A stretch of DNA of 64,000 nt from Moniliella sp. 'wahieum' (taxonomy: Eukaryota): positions 496,001 to 560,000 of the forward strand of contig RSEE01000038.1 of the NCBI GenBank assembly GCA_003971905.1. The letters run 5' to 3'. Position 1 is the stretch's first letter; each line of letters begins with the position of its first letter. This document shows, piece by piece, positions 10,339 to 23,325 of this stretch. The notes beneath the pieces were generated by a model. That model saw only the letters and a program-made list of their open reading frames with translations. It had not been told where the DNA came from and made no database searches. The translations under genes and the position numbers were made by a program.

Positions 10339-12640
10339 TGTAATAGCTGACCAATGAATTGGGCCCTCTCTTACTAAACAGTGAGACAGATGGTAAGGAA
10401 GATGAGACCTGAGATGCCGATATCACGGCCTGCATGCAACACCGACATGAGTGGAGGCATGGGTATCCCAAGGCGCAGATAGGTACATCTCCCAAATTAT
10501 TCTATTGTGATCCACTGGATGCAAGACGCATTAACGCCGACGCATTTGACCACATACTGTTGTATCCTATGGGGGCATTCGGTGGCCACCCTCCAACAAG
10601 CTCCGGATATAACTCTTTTCCGACCTTCGTGGTCCCCAAAACCCCCCTGAACGTCTCAATCTGGAACACGCATCACTCTTCTTAAGGAATTTGTGCGCTG
10701 TTTTGTGTCGATGGCCACGTACACCTCTGTTAGGACAATGCCCCAATCACATGTCATTCTGCGTGTTTGGCATCGCCCCCCTTCTTCTCCGCCGCCTAAC
10801 GTTCCCGCTGTGTTCCCTAGTACCCTGGGCTACACAAGGACCTGCCCTTCTTCTCATAGCCTCCTCCGTACCTCTCACCAGAACCGCTTCCCCCAATGTC
10901 CTCCTTCAACACACCCTATCTTCGCCCTTTTTACTCAACGTGTAGAAACGGATTCTTGTCTCCAACGCACACACACCCATACAAGCCACGGAAGGTAACG
11001 TAGAAAGAGGTGCTTATCAGTATGTGTGCCTCTCTGTTGCACACTCATCTACAAAAGCATATCATACAGCGACTCGCGCATCAATCCTCTCTTGCCCGGT
11101 AACCGATAACCCGAATCTGAAGAGTGCAGCTTTGACTAAACTCGCTCCGATTTCCATATCTGCATCCCGTGTATCTTGTTCTTCTCTGTCCCTTTTGCCT
11201 CTGTTCTCCGATGCCTTCTGTTCCTCCCACGGACGATCTTGCCATCCCCCCCTCTCTGACAAGACTGTATCTTGGTCTCCCGTCTAGCCCCTACTGTTGT
11301 TACAAGCAGATGAGACAGAGGGGTAAGATTGGAAACACTCCACTTCATACCTCATTCTTCACCGTCAACCTGATGACCACACACGGGTAGTGTGCCTTGC
11401 GCGGATTATCAACACCCTCTTTCAAAAGGCTGAAGCCGATGTTCCACCACAAAGCAGGCCACGGTCACAAGTGTGACAGTGGGTCTTTATTGGGATTAGT
11501 TCTTAACCACTCCCCGCGGACTAACTCTCTTCTCGGAAGAGAGAGATGTTGGGGCGATGCCCCAATCACGCCATCCTGCGTGATAGTCATCACCCCCTCT
11601 TATCCGCCCGGAAGCTTCCTCAGCTCCGCGGTACCCTCGTCTATATAAGGCCCTACCCTTCTCATAGCCTCCTGTACCTCTCCTCAGAACCACATCCTCC
11701 ATTCCACTCCTCCTTCAGCAAGAGATACGAAAACACTGTATTGGGTTTTGACAATTTCCCAGTATTCCTCTCTCTAGTGTTGCCCGTCGAGGAGACCTAC
11801 AGAGGAGCGGGAAACATAATAGGCTTGGACTTGGGGACCACGAAGTCGGGAAAGAGTTATATCCGGAGCTTGTTGCATGCAAGCCGTGATATAGGCATCT
11901 CAGGTCTCATCTTCCTTACCATATGTCTCACTGTTTAGTAAGAGAGAGGGCAATTCATTGGTCAGCCATTACATATATTACAACACGTCTTATAACCTAG
12001 GGACCAGACATGATATCTGACAAGCACATTCCGTTAGGATATATTGTCTCTGTTGTAGTACATTGTCTCTGTTATAGTACACTACGTTCAACAATCTTTA
12101 TCGTCGAGAAAAGGCTCAGTCGGCTTTGTCGAGATCAACGTCGTCGACATGTGAACAGAGTGACACACTAATACGTCAGACATAACATGGTTCTACCCTT
12201 CGCAGACTAATATATACAGGAGATGGAGTTGGGAGAAAGGATAGGCAAAAAGGGAGGAAACAGGGTCTAGAATAAACCAGGGACCAGTCAACAGGAGGAT
12301 GACTATGCGTCACCCGATGGGTCTGATCCCGATGACAGTGACGATGCAGATGATGGAGAGGGTAGGCAAGAAGCTTGAATCGCTGTTGGACGAGAGAGGG
12401 AAAAAGAATATATATAGAGTTTGATTGGAGTATACATCTTTTTGTGGTTCTCCGGGAGTTGGAAGGGATTTAGGAGGAGGAGCTACGAGTCCTAAACCCA
12501 CTGCCCGTGGATCGGGGCGGCACGACCGCCTGTATGGTGTGCATGTCAGGACGGAGGACGTGTCGGAACCACCGGGGTATGGGTAATCGATAACCTCACG
12601 GAAAGCAGCAAGCTCGGAAGTGTACGCAGGAAACAATGAA
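10339..12640. mobile_element. Cluster of degenerate LTR-like fragments in both orientations
   Basis: 10339-10640 and 11831-11973 are reverse complements starting TGTAAT. 10838-10911 is directly repeated at 11649-11720 after a CTATATAAG box. Lower GC and no credible ORF. The right boundary is approximate. Confidence 0.6.
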
Positions 12641-12909
12641 ATGTGGCGCCCCGTGTGATGCAGTGACGTGGCGGCTCAGCGGCTCAGCGCTGCTCAGCCT
12701 CCTGGGACCCAGCAACGCAGTCGGAGTGGTGACAGTCACTGCGACAGTGTGACACGTGACTGCTGCTAGCACACGGGGTGCTTTGGGTCCTTGGGTCCAC
12801 CATGCACATGCATCATGCATCACCCTCGTCCAGTCGGCGAAACAGGCACGAAGCAGATTTTGCTGCCACTGCCACCCTCATCGCCAGCATCGCCGCCGCC
12901 AATTCTCGA

Positions 12910-15186
12910 ATGACGTCGCCACGAAGGCGCCACACACAGTTCCGGACGCACATTATCTCCCTCCTTCTCTTCATTGGCGCTGCCTTCTGCCGCCGCCCTG
13001 CCCCCATCTTCCCTCTCACCGCCCTTGGCCCTGCCGCCAGATGCAGCCCAAGAGCAGAGTCTCGCCGTCCATTGCCGCTCCTCTGGCGCCGAGGCGGACT
13101 ACGTGCTGCGCATCTCTCTCCCGCCTGCGCCCATCGCTTCCTTTGAGGGCGAAATTTTTTCTCTCCTGTCCATTCCAGCGCACGTGACAATGAAGATGCG
13201 TGATCCCCAGGTGGTGCATCTCCCCCCTCTCGACTAGGACCCAATCCCTTTCCCCCACCCCGTCGTCCAACATGCGTTCTCGAGCCCATCTCACCTGCAC
13301 ATCAGACGCGGTTCTTCTTCACATCCCCCCTGACCAAAGGACAGAGGAAAAAACGAGGACATTCCATATTACATTCCATGCCCGGATTGCCTATCTTCTC
13401 ACCCCGCCGCACGATCCCTACCTTCTCCATCTTCCACGCCTCCATGCAGTGTCCACTTTGATCCGAATCACTGCATCCTCTTCGATTACCCGCTCGTCGA
13501 AGGCCGGGAACGAAGTGCTGATGAAGGTCAATCCGCAAGTTGATCATATGGAGGAGGAACGGTTCCTTTGTCCTACCCCTCGAAAGGGGGAGGTAATTGC
13601 TCAAGGCGTGCTTGCCCCAGGTTCTGACCCCATTCAGGTTCACTGGGGACCATATTGGGACCCCGCCTGGGAGGCCCCCCAGTTTCGAGTGGACCATGTG
13701 CAGGTGGCTCGAATGCAAGTGTCTCTCTTACCGCCTACTATGTGGCCTTGGTCCCGCGTGGCATTCAGTCTTGATCTTGTGGTTAGTGGCTTGCACTTAC
13801 CGGTCATGGCCCCTGCCGCTCGTCTTAAGTATGTCCCATTTTGACGTCTTACCTATAATTCCATGCTGACCTATACAGTGCTGCCCTCTCGTTCTCTTGT
13901 GAGGGAGAGCGCATACTTCATATCTCGTCTTTCAAAACCAAGGAAAGCACGGACGCCTCTCACATGAAGGGAGAAGCCTTCTCATCCTCTCCTCTTCCTC
14001 CCACATGGAGCGAGACCGGTCCGATGCTCTCACTCTGGTTGACAGTCTTGAAGGAAATCACAAGTCATCTTGTTTACCTGGGCAATCAGTGAAAAGCGAC
14101 CGATGTGAACTCCTCCTCGACCCACTCGTGGTCGGGGCGCATCTATTTCCTCCGCCAAAACAGGTGACGGTACAACTTGTTGGTGAAATGCAGCTGCTCC
14201 CTATGATTGCCCCGAACGGCCAGATGGGCCTCTCTCTCCCGCAAGTGGAGGTGTGTGGAATGGGCCCTGTTCCATCAGTGACCATTGATGCACAGCCACC
14301 GCTGCGCTTGGACGGAGCCCAAGTACTCTTACCTCCTGTAGAGGGGCTGAATTGTTCCCTTCCCCCATTAGGGGACAAGTCAGAATGGGTCATCCCGGGC
14401 ATCGAAGTGGAACTTCTTGTTTCTTCCCCGCCGCGGAAAAGGGACGTTGAAGCTTCAGCTTCCTCTTCCTGCGCCCTATGGGCCCGGAATTACTCTCACT
14501 TTCCTTAACGGTGATTATAATGTCACGTTCACGGCCATGGGGATCCGGAGTTCGATCCCCCTCAATGAAGGCAAGGTCGAACTCAACCCTCTCTCACTCC
14601 CACCACACACGCAAGAAGTTGTGTTTCAATGGCAATTTATCCCCGACAAGGAGGTGCATTTGCCTATGCTTTCGCTTCCGGTGGAGGGGGTACGTATCAC
14701 CACTCATGGCGACGTGAGGACGATGGGCAGCATGCGGATGCGTGTCGATCCGGTCGACAAGAGCTTTCTCACTCTGAACAAAACGGGGTGGTACCTCTCC
14801 CCCTTGCGGTGGAACAGAGGATAACCCTACGTCAGGACAGTGCACTGCACATGGCGGGATGGTTGTCTGGCAATGGGCGGACTGTGAGGCTGATGGGGCT
14901 GCTCCTTGTGCTAGGGGTGTGGTGCAGCACGCCCAACCTGGCGGGACCTCCATTGGAAGCGATAGTGCACTCGCTTCATTCCGTCTCTATGAAGACAGCG
15001 TCGGTGACTGGGGGGCCCAGCGTGAGTGGGGATGGCTCAGCGGACGGGACACGCGCTACGGCAGTGGGCTTTCTCCAGGGGGGAATGGGGCTAGATGCGC
15101 TGGGAACACACGCACTGGCGCTGATGTGGGCGCCAGTGGGGCTGCTGGTGCGGGTGCTGGCGGAGCTGCTGAGGTGGCTGGCATAG
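12910..15186 (+). CDS. Hypothetical about 700-aa protein with N-terminal hydrophobic segment, beta-rich body and C-terminal hydrophobic segments (frameshifted; intron 13829-13878)
   Basis: Chain of consecutive + ORFs (12974, 13200, 14005, 14417, 14629). Intron GTATGT..GCTGAC..CAG. IISLLLFIGAAF at the N-terminus, LMGLLLVLGVW and ALMWAPVGLLVRVLAELLRWLA* at the C-terminus. Confidence 0.5.
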
Positions 15187-15433
15187 CGTCGGGGGCTGTG
15201 CTGTGTGGGAGGCGTGCGAATGCATGGATACCCATCGGCGGTGCGCTGCGTGGCGATACAAAGGCAGGAGACGGAGGCCACCGGCCCGAAGGGGGCGTGG
15301 CGCTGCTTACGTACGCATGTGGCTCATTGCATATTGCAAGCAGTGGCTTTTACAGCCCAGCAGCCCAGCCCCCATGTGGCCCAGGCCGGAACCACCTGGA
15401 CGTGCTGCGGCCCAACGCCACCTCTGGCACCTC

Positions 15434-15530
15434 CCATCCCATCCCATCTCCATCTCCAACTCCATCCATCCCATCCCCATCCCATCCCCATCCCATCCCA
15501 TCCCATCCCCATCCCCATCCCCATCCCCAT
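15434..15530. repeat. (CCCAT)n/(CCCCAT)n microsatellite upstream of the Cid1-like gene
   Basis: Long run of cccat/ccccat units. Confidence 0.9.
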
Positions 15531-15694
15531 CGTCGTCACCATCTCCATCGGCATTTCCTTATCCATCCCCCCCATCTCCTCCCCCCCCTGCCCCTGCCGC
15601 CTGGAACATCTGTCGGTGGTGTGCGGCGCTGTCAGCCTGGGCCACCCCCCGCGAGTCGAGCTCCCGCCTGATCCCTGCTCCGAGAGCATCCGCA

Positions 15695-17901
15695 ATGGCT
15701 TCTTCACCGCCACCTGCGCCAGCGGCCCAGCTTCTTACTACTCGCCCCTCCGCCACGTCACCTGCCTTGTCGGACGCCACACCCGCAGCAGCTCCCCCTC
15801 GTCATCCGCCCACTCTGACGTGTCCGACTCGGGCGAGAGCTTCGCCACCGCTCCCCCAGCATCGTCCTCCCATGTCCGTCTCCCCCCCTCTCCCCTCCCG
15901 CCCACTGCCCGACCCATGGTGGGAGTGCCCATGGCCGGTATTCCCGGTGCACCCCTCTCTCGGTCTCCAGTCGCGGGAATGAGCAGGGGGCCCATCCCCA
16001 TCCCGCGCACGGCAGGATACAATCACCGTTCTGGCGGACGATTTCATGCTGCTCTCGAACAGCACCAAACCGACCTGAGTCGCGCGATCGTTTCCTTTCT
16101 CTCACCCCTCCTACCTACCGAGGAGGAGTATCGAATTAAGGAGGCCCTGCGAAGACGGTTGCAACGTCTCGCGCAGCAGATCGACCCACATGCTTCGTTG
16201 CTCGCCTTTGGCTCCATGGCCAACGGCTTTGCTCTACGCAACTCGGACATGGATTTGTGCTGCCTTATCTCGGACGCAGTCGCTCACCCGGACGCCCATG
16301 AACAGGAGATGCCCATCCTCCTGCACCTCCAGGCACTGATGTTCCACCCCTCTCTTCCGCACGAGCCAGCGAGCTGGTAGAACAATTTGCGCACCTCATT
16401 CGCGACCAGACCGATTTCAACGTCATGCCCCTTCCGCAGGCTCGGATCCCAATCATCAAGATCCACAAACGTACGCCCTACCTTGCCCCCACTTGGGTAT
16501 GGACGCTAACCCCTCTGTAGCTGCCTCGGCCACACAGCCGTACGAACTTTCATGCGATATTGGGTTTGAGAACCGACTGGCGTTGGAGAACACGCGTCTG
16601 TTGCTCAGCTACGCCATGGTCGACCCTCCCAGGGTAAGGACGCTAGTGCTTTTCCTCAAGGTATGGGCAAAGCGGCGAAAACTCAACTCTCCGTACACTG
16701 GCACCCTCTCGTCGTACGGGTATACTCTCATGGCGCTCTACTATCTGATGCACATCAAGCATCCTCCTGTTCTTCCTAACCTGCAGCACATGGACCTGTC
16801 CCCCCGACCAATAACCCACACTCTCCAAGGGCACGATGTGTACTTTTACGACGACATTGCTCGGGTCCGGTCTGAGTGGCGCTCACACAACCGGGAGAAC
16901 GTGGCCAGCCTCCTGATGGGCTTCTTTGCTTTCTTTAGCAAAGAGTTTGCTTACGCTCACGATGTGCTTAGTATCAGGACACCCCATGGAACGTTCCCGA
17001 AAGATGACATTAACTTTACTGGGGAGCTCTGCATCCAAGATCCGTTTGCGCAGAACATCAACGTTTCCCGTCCTGTCACCAAGGATGGGCTCTACACTAT
17101 TCGAGGCGAGTTTTTCCGTGCGACAAAGATCCTCTCTAATCGCTCGCAATCAGCCAGCTCTTTGATTGAGGATCTATGCCAAGAAAGGGAGGATGCTCTT
17201 TCTCTCGCCCCCGACCCGCCGCGATCCAGGAGATGGCCACGCAACCCCAACGGTGGTCTCAGTGGTGGGGTTTCCCTAGGTCTTCCGCTCTCCCCTCCTC
17301 AGCGGCACCGAGGTGCCAGTGGTGTAGGTGGTTCGTTTGCGTTTGAGGCCATGGCTCGTGGGTTGGGTAAGGGACAGCACATTTCGCCCGCCCTTCACAA
17401 GCGATGCTTCAACCCCTTTCGCACAGTGGAGGGTTAACAGGCAAGCCAGCTCGAGGCAGGAGAGGGACGACGCAACCAAGTCAATCTAATCATGCCGCCT
17501 CGCTTCCGAATAACGGGTTACTGTCCAGCTCCCCACCCTACGTGCCTGGTCCAATGCGAGGGGACGGATTCATCCCCAATGCGCCCCCCCGGAGGGGGAG
17601 CATTAGTGCTGCCCCAGTAGCTAGCCTTACCATCTCCGATTCCAATGCCTTAGCGTCGATGGATAATGCCAGGTCACCATGTCCGTGTGACTGGCCATCG
17701 GCGCCCCTACGATGGCAATGTCCTCCTCATGCTCCTCTTCGGATGAGACTGGGACCAAGGCGTCCACTGTGTCATCCTACCGCCCTGATGAGGAGGGAGA
17801 TACGACGATCGGATGAACTCTCCGCCTCGCTTCAATATCCCATTTCAACGTTGGGCATCGCATCCTGTATCCCTCGAGATCATTGTACTTCATCCCTCTG
17901 A
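15695..17901 (+). CDS. Cid1-family non-canonical poly(A)/poly(U) polymerase (terminal nucleotidyltransferase); intron about 16470-16520; frameshifted
   Basis: LAFGSMANGFALRNSDMDLC (GS/DxD), IPIIKI, CDIGFENRLALENTRLL, KVWAKRRKLNSPYTGTLSSYGYTLM, LCIQDPF (PAP-associated domain). Confidence 0.92.
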
Positions 17902-18122
17902 GCAGCCATGGTCGTCCCCGCCCTAGCGACCGCGTAGCAACATCTCGGAAACACCCATGGATTCGATGAGACAGTGTTGAGAAGAACGGCAGGCCTGCAG
18001 GTCCTATATATCAAGAGTTCTTCAGGAAAAAAACACGGCCGGTAGCAGGAAAAGATTCATGAGGGTCGGTTCATCGACCACAAAAAGTGGCCCGAAAGAA
18101 CGACGTGCTGTGATCGGCAGGG

Positions 18123-21100
18123 CTAAGCAAGTCCTGCTTGTATCGCCATCCGGCGAAACGGACCGTCGCGTGAAAGAAGGACTGCAGGCGCATCAAACTC
18201 GACCACTTTGCCTGCGTCCAGGAGGAGGATGCGGTCCAAATCCATGACACTCTCCAGCCGATGGGCGACGAGGAGAACAAGGTGAGACGCATATTGGTCT
18301 CTCAATACGCGATGGATCGTCTCGGCTGTGTGCGGGTCGACATGGGCTGTAGGCTCGTCGGCGAGAAGCACCCCGTTGGGATGAGACATATTGACCAGTG
18401 CCCGGGCCAGGGCGACCAACTGCCTCCCCTTCGGCTAGGTTAGCACCATGGGGGTCAATGTTCGTGTCCAATGGAAGCGAAAGACCAACTTTTGCCAAGG
18501 CTGCAAGACACTTGGTCTCGTCCGCCTCTTGGTGGGGATCAAGGATCTCCCGTAGACTCCCTTGCCATAATAGAGGCTCCTGGGGGAGGTACATCACCTT
18601 TGTTCGGATCGTACCGGAGAGACAGTGCGTAGGTTGATTTCGTCCAGAAGGATATCACCCTGATCTGGATCGACGGCGCGCAGCAAGGCTTGGAGCAGAG
18701 TACTCTTCCCGCTTCCACTAGGACCCACAATGCCTACCTTCTCTCCTTTGCGGAGGGAAAAGGACACATCATGCAAGATCTCCTCCGTCCCATATTTGAC
18801 GGAAACATGTTCAAAGCGAAGGCTATCGCCTGTAGGCCAAGCGCAAGGTAGGCATAGAGAATGTTGTTCTCTTGTGGGATGTAGGGCGGGACAAGGCTGA
18901 CAACCCGCTCAACAGCTGTGAGGTCTTGCTCCAACGTCGCCATGAACCGCCCTACCTGGTACAGTGAAGCGGTGTACCTGGCACTTTGGGTGATCGCGAT
19001 TGCGGCCAGGGCGGGGGGGATGCGGAGCCAAAGCGTCAGGATCTGGACGAGGAAAACATTGGCGCCTGCCACCAGGTCAACACGAAGAAGGAGCCAGGCA
19101 TTGCACATCCACCAATAATAGTGCAGCGAATTGGCCCGATCCAGAGGGGCGTAGACGGCCTTAGCTAGGCGTGGGCCGGCACCGAACGCTCGAATTGTCG
19201 CCCCCCCACGGATGGCTTCGGTATAGCGGTTGAGCACAGGCGAGCGCGCCGCAAATCGAGACGGCGCGTGTCCCGCGAAGCCGGAAGGTAGTGCTTGATC
19301 AAATAAAAAAGAGTAGGACCACACCCCCGCGGGAACAGTCATGGCCGGCAAAGCTATCAGCAGCGCACCCCAAGCAACGAGGAATGCAACAAAGCTTTCC
19401 CCTACTTGCATGGCCACCTTAATCAACTGGCCGTCCAGTACATCCAGGTCCCCCGAAAAACGAGTGAGAAAGTGGCCGGGGGGAAGGGTATCGAGCCAGG
19501 TGAGGGGCGCGTTGCAGACGCCCTTTATCATCAACCCAAAGATCCGTCGGGACGCCCGTACAGCCACGAAGGCCAGAAGAGCTACGAACCCTGCCAACGC
19601 TCCCGCCGACATCATTTGTAGGCATGCGAAAACCAGGAGGTAAGGCAGGCTGGCGTGCCCAACAGGAGACAAGGCAGCAGAGATGGTGGGCACGTGCATG
19701 GCGCCCTGGAAGAAGATAGGGTATAGCTCTGCCCTGTCCCTCCGTCTGATGATCTTAGTGTTGAGCCATGCAAAGGTGCAGCAGACGAGGATGTATTGTG
19801 AGAGTCGACGTCGCGCTCTGAAACCCAGTACGACAGCCACACGGCTCCCGCAACATCCGCCAACTTGGCCAGAATGAGAAGAAGTAACACAAGGAACAGT
19901 AGACCCCACCCACATGCTCGAAGGTACACGGCATAAATCTTGTAGGGCACCCTCCCAGCCGTGATCGCGGTTTCCCCTTCGTTCTGATCCTCGCTCTCCG
20001 GCAGCTCTTCCAAGCAGGGGGCGGTTTTATCCTCAACGATAGAATCAGCCACAAGCCAATCTTGCTGGGATAACAATTCAGATGGGGGGCCCTGCTCAAG
20101 GATCCTCCCTTCCTTCAGGTGGACTGCCCACTGGGCTAAGGGTGCCACAAGGCCTACCTGGTGGGTGGCAAGGATAACGCATCTTCCTTTAACCAGCTCC
20201 CCCGTGAGGGCGGAGGCGACCGTACGTGCGGTAAACACATCGAGTGAGGCGAGTACACTGTCCAATACCAAAGTGCGGCAGGGAGAGTAAAGCGCTCGGG
20301 CAAGAGCTATGCGGGCTCTTTGTCCACCCGAGAGCGCATTGCCATTCGTACCAGTGGAGGTACGGTCCCCATCCGACGATAGGGTATCTCCATCCACAGC
20401 ACGAAGCACGGTGTTGTAGCGCCCAGAATCCATAGACTGGCCAAAGAGAATGTTGTCCGTATGGTCCCTGCTTGAATCCACGGGGTAGGAGAACAATAGC
20501 GGCGCGAGCCACCAGTGCGCTAACGGGGTCAAAGGCGCCGTCTAATCCCTGTTTGAGACGCAACCTTCCAATTGCTCGAGCTCCCCCAGTAGAGATAGCA
20601 GAAGAGCTGACTTTCCTGAACCCGTGGGTCCATACACGAGAGTCAAGCCCTCACGCAAGCGCAAGGTGATGCCGTGCAGTACAACCGTGTGCGACTCGGG
20701 CCAAGCCAAATCAGCATCCGTCAATCCGAGCACATCTTCTTCGCCCAGCTGGCGAACCATGGGCGTGCTGGTCTCATCCGATTCAGGCAGAGAAAGGAAT
20801 GAGTCGATTCGCCCGAGAGCAACTCGGAATCGGGCAAAGTCGTCGGCCAAAGACGGAATGGTTCCAAGTGGTTGGGCAAGAAGGGCAAATAAGCTCAGCG
20901 CAGTGAACGCCACGGGGATAGTGAGGTTTGTTGCGCCAAAAGAGTGTACCATGCAAATGTTGTCACTGTCACGAGAGCCGGTAGGAGGGTCCATACCAGC
21001 CGTGAGGCTGCGTTGACCAGTTGCAGTCGGAGGCCATACGCTAGCTCCACGTTCCTGAGAGACATCACCTTGTCGGCCAACCATTCAGAGACAGATTCCA

Positions 21101-22927
21101 GCTTGGCTGCCCGTAGGACCGAGAGAAAACCAGCGAGACGGAGAGACGCTGGTCGCGCGCGTGAGAAACTTGCGCCAGGTACGATGTTGTAATCGCAGCA
21201 GGAGCGACTGAAGCGGTACGCCTAGCCCTAGGATAAGCATTCCCACCACCGAAGACCACCCCATAAGGGAAATGAGCATCCAGATCCCGAGTCCAGCCTG
21301 CGCGGAATCTCGTACCACATGAACAGATGGACCACAAACATGGCCACCGTTTCAATGTCGACGGCCACGAGTGATATCCCCCTCTGCTCTGCCCCGCTTT
21401 TTGCACGAAGAGACTTTTCGTAAACAGCAGTGGTAAGAACGGTGCGGACTTGCAGCGATGCCCTACGTCCATAGCTGTACCGGTTCATGTCCAGCTGGGT
21501 GGTAACAATGACGAGCAGCATACCAAACGCTGCCATGAGGTATGCTGTTTGGCGTGGCGTGCCCACCGCATGCGGACCTTCAAAATGCAAAGGAACGGCG
21601 AAAGAGCTGCGCTCAAGAAGGACACTATGGTCTGTTGTGTTTGGGTGCCAGGGATGGTGGGAGCTCCCGTCGTCGGGTAGGACTGGAGCCTGGACGCCTT
21701 CCAAAACCCGCATCAGGATCCATGGTTTGACATAGAGCATGAATGAACTGATGATCTGTGAAGGGGGACAGATCAGTATCTCGTCGCTCGTGCATGTGAG
21801 GCACAGATGTAGTAGACCAACGTACCGCCATACCCAGATCCAAGAGTAGGTTCTTGAGTTGATGCGGAACAGCTTGATCCAAATTGTGCTTGCAGGAAGC
21901 TGGGCCCATGCTCTGAGGAGGTAAGCGGACCGAAGGGGCAACCCTAACGTCCAGACTTGCCTCCCCCTAAGTCTGCCCCCACGAGACTCGATGCATCATA
22001 CGCTGCTTGGAGGAGGGGAGATATCCACCTCACTGACAACCACGTTGCTAAGGAGCATACGTCTCTGGACCTGCCATACGGGAAGCATCAACACCGTTTA
22101 GGGGCGCTTGAAGACGGCTGAAACAGGGGTTGGATAGCCCATCCGAGTGGCCAAGGCAGGTGGATACGCCCTCAAGGGAAGACTCATCTCGGCCGCGCAG
22201 GCAAGTATGATTCCAGCAGTACTAGCTACATTTAGAATGATGGCGGCAACGTGGACATGGTGGGGATGGAGATGAGTAAGTGGAGGCGGATTAATGGTGC
22301 GGCGAGAAGAAGCAGAAGAAGTACTACAACATCGTATGCTGGAGTCGGAAGAGGCTTGGCGAGCGTACGTGTTGCAACATACGACCATGGCAACGACTGG
22401 AGCACAGCCTGGACTGTGTTCTGTGTGGGGCTCTGCCGTGGTAAGGTGAAGCCGCGCGGCGCATGGTATCTTGCGTATTCAAGGGTTAGGGTAGCTCCGT
22501 GGGACCGTGGCGCCAAGCATATAGATGACCACCCAGGAAAGCATGTGCAGCATCGCCACCCCGGCGACCACCAGGTAACATGCGTCGGTGGGCCGAGCGA
22601 TTGAGACGCGGGCAGGAGCGGAGTGTGCTCTGTCGGATTCGGCCCGGCGATAGGCGAGGGAGTGGTGACTTGGGGGGCTCTGTTGGACGCAGTTGGGGTC
22701 GGCATCCTGGGCCGCACACACATCATCAGGTCCGACAGGGTCAGCGTGATGGCTAGCGAGGCACCCAAACGTAGAGGATGCAGCAAACTTTCTGGCGGGC
22801 GAGAAGTGACGGAAGGCAAGCAACACGCTCACGGAAGCACGGCAGATGCAAACCACAACACAGCCAACTCGCCGGGCGGTGCCCAGGGGTACTGGGCCGA
22901 TGGCCCTGCCGCTGTTGTGGTCGTCAT
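18123..22927 (-). CDS. ABCC/MRP-family ABC transporter with two TMDs and two NBDs, frameshifted
   Basis: NBD1 GPTGSGKS and LSGGQRARIALARA. NBD2 GIVGPSGSGKSTL, LADEPTAHVD and VAHRLESVMDLDRILLLDAG. RFSGDLDVLD TMD2 motif. Confidence 0.9.
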
Positions 22928-23325
22928 GGGGACCTGCGATGCAGCAGGGAAGGGCGGTGGGCGGTGAGCGGTGGCGGCGAGGACGAGGACGAAATGGACG
23001 ACGGCAAGAGCCAGGAGACGTCGGTGTGACATGCCGGTATGCCTGGCGGGGGCCAAACCCAAAAAAGGGCAGCAATGGGTCGATCCAGCACAATATTGCT
23101 CCTCGTTGGTGTGTTATCGTTATCACGCTGGTTCCCATCCATGCCCCGTATCACACCCCATCACACACTGGTGCGCTGGAGGTGCGCCTGAGGTTTCAGT
23201 TGAAAGCGTCGCGAGCGGATTATGTAAGGAGGGCTGCCTCGCTCGGACCCTCGCTGCGCATCGTTGGTCCGCGGCCCCTCCATCACCCCAGCCGCTTGCC
23301 CCCCCCTGGTCTCCCCATCGCCGCC

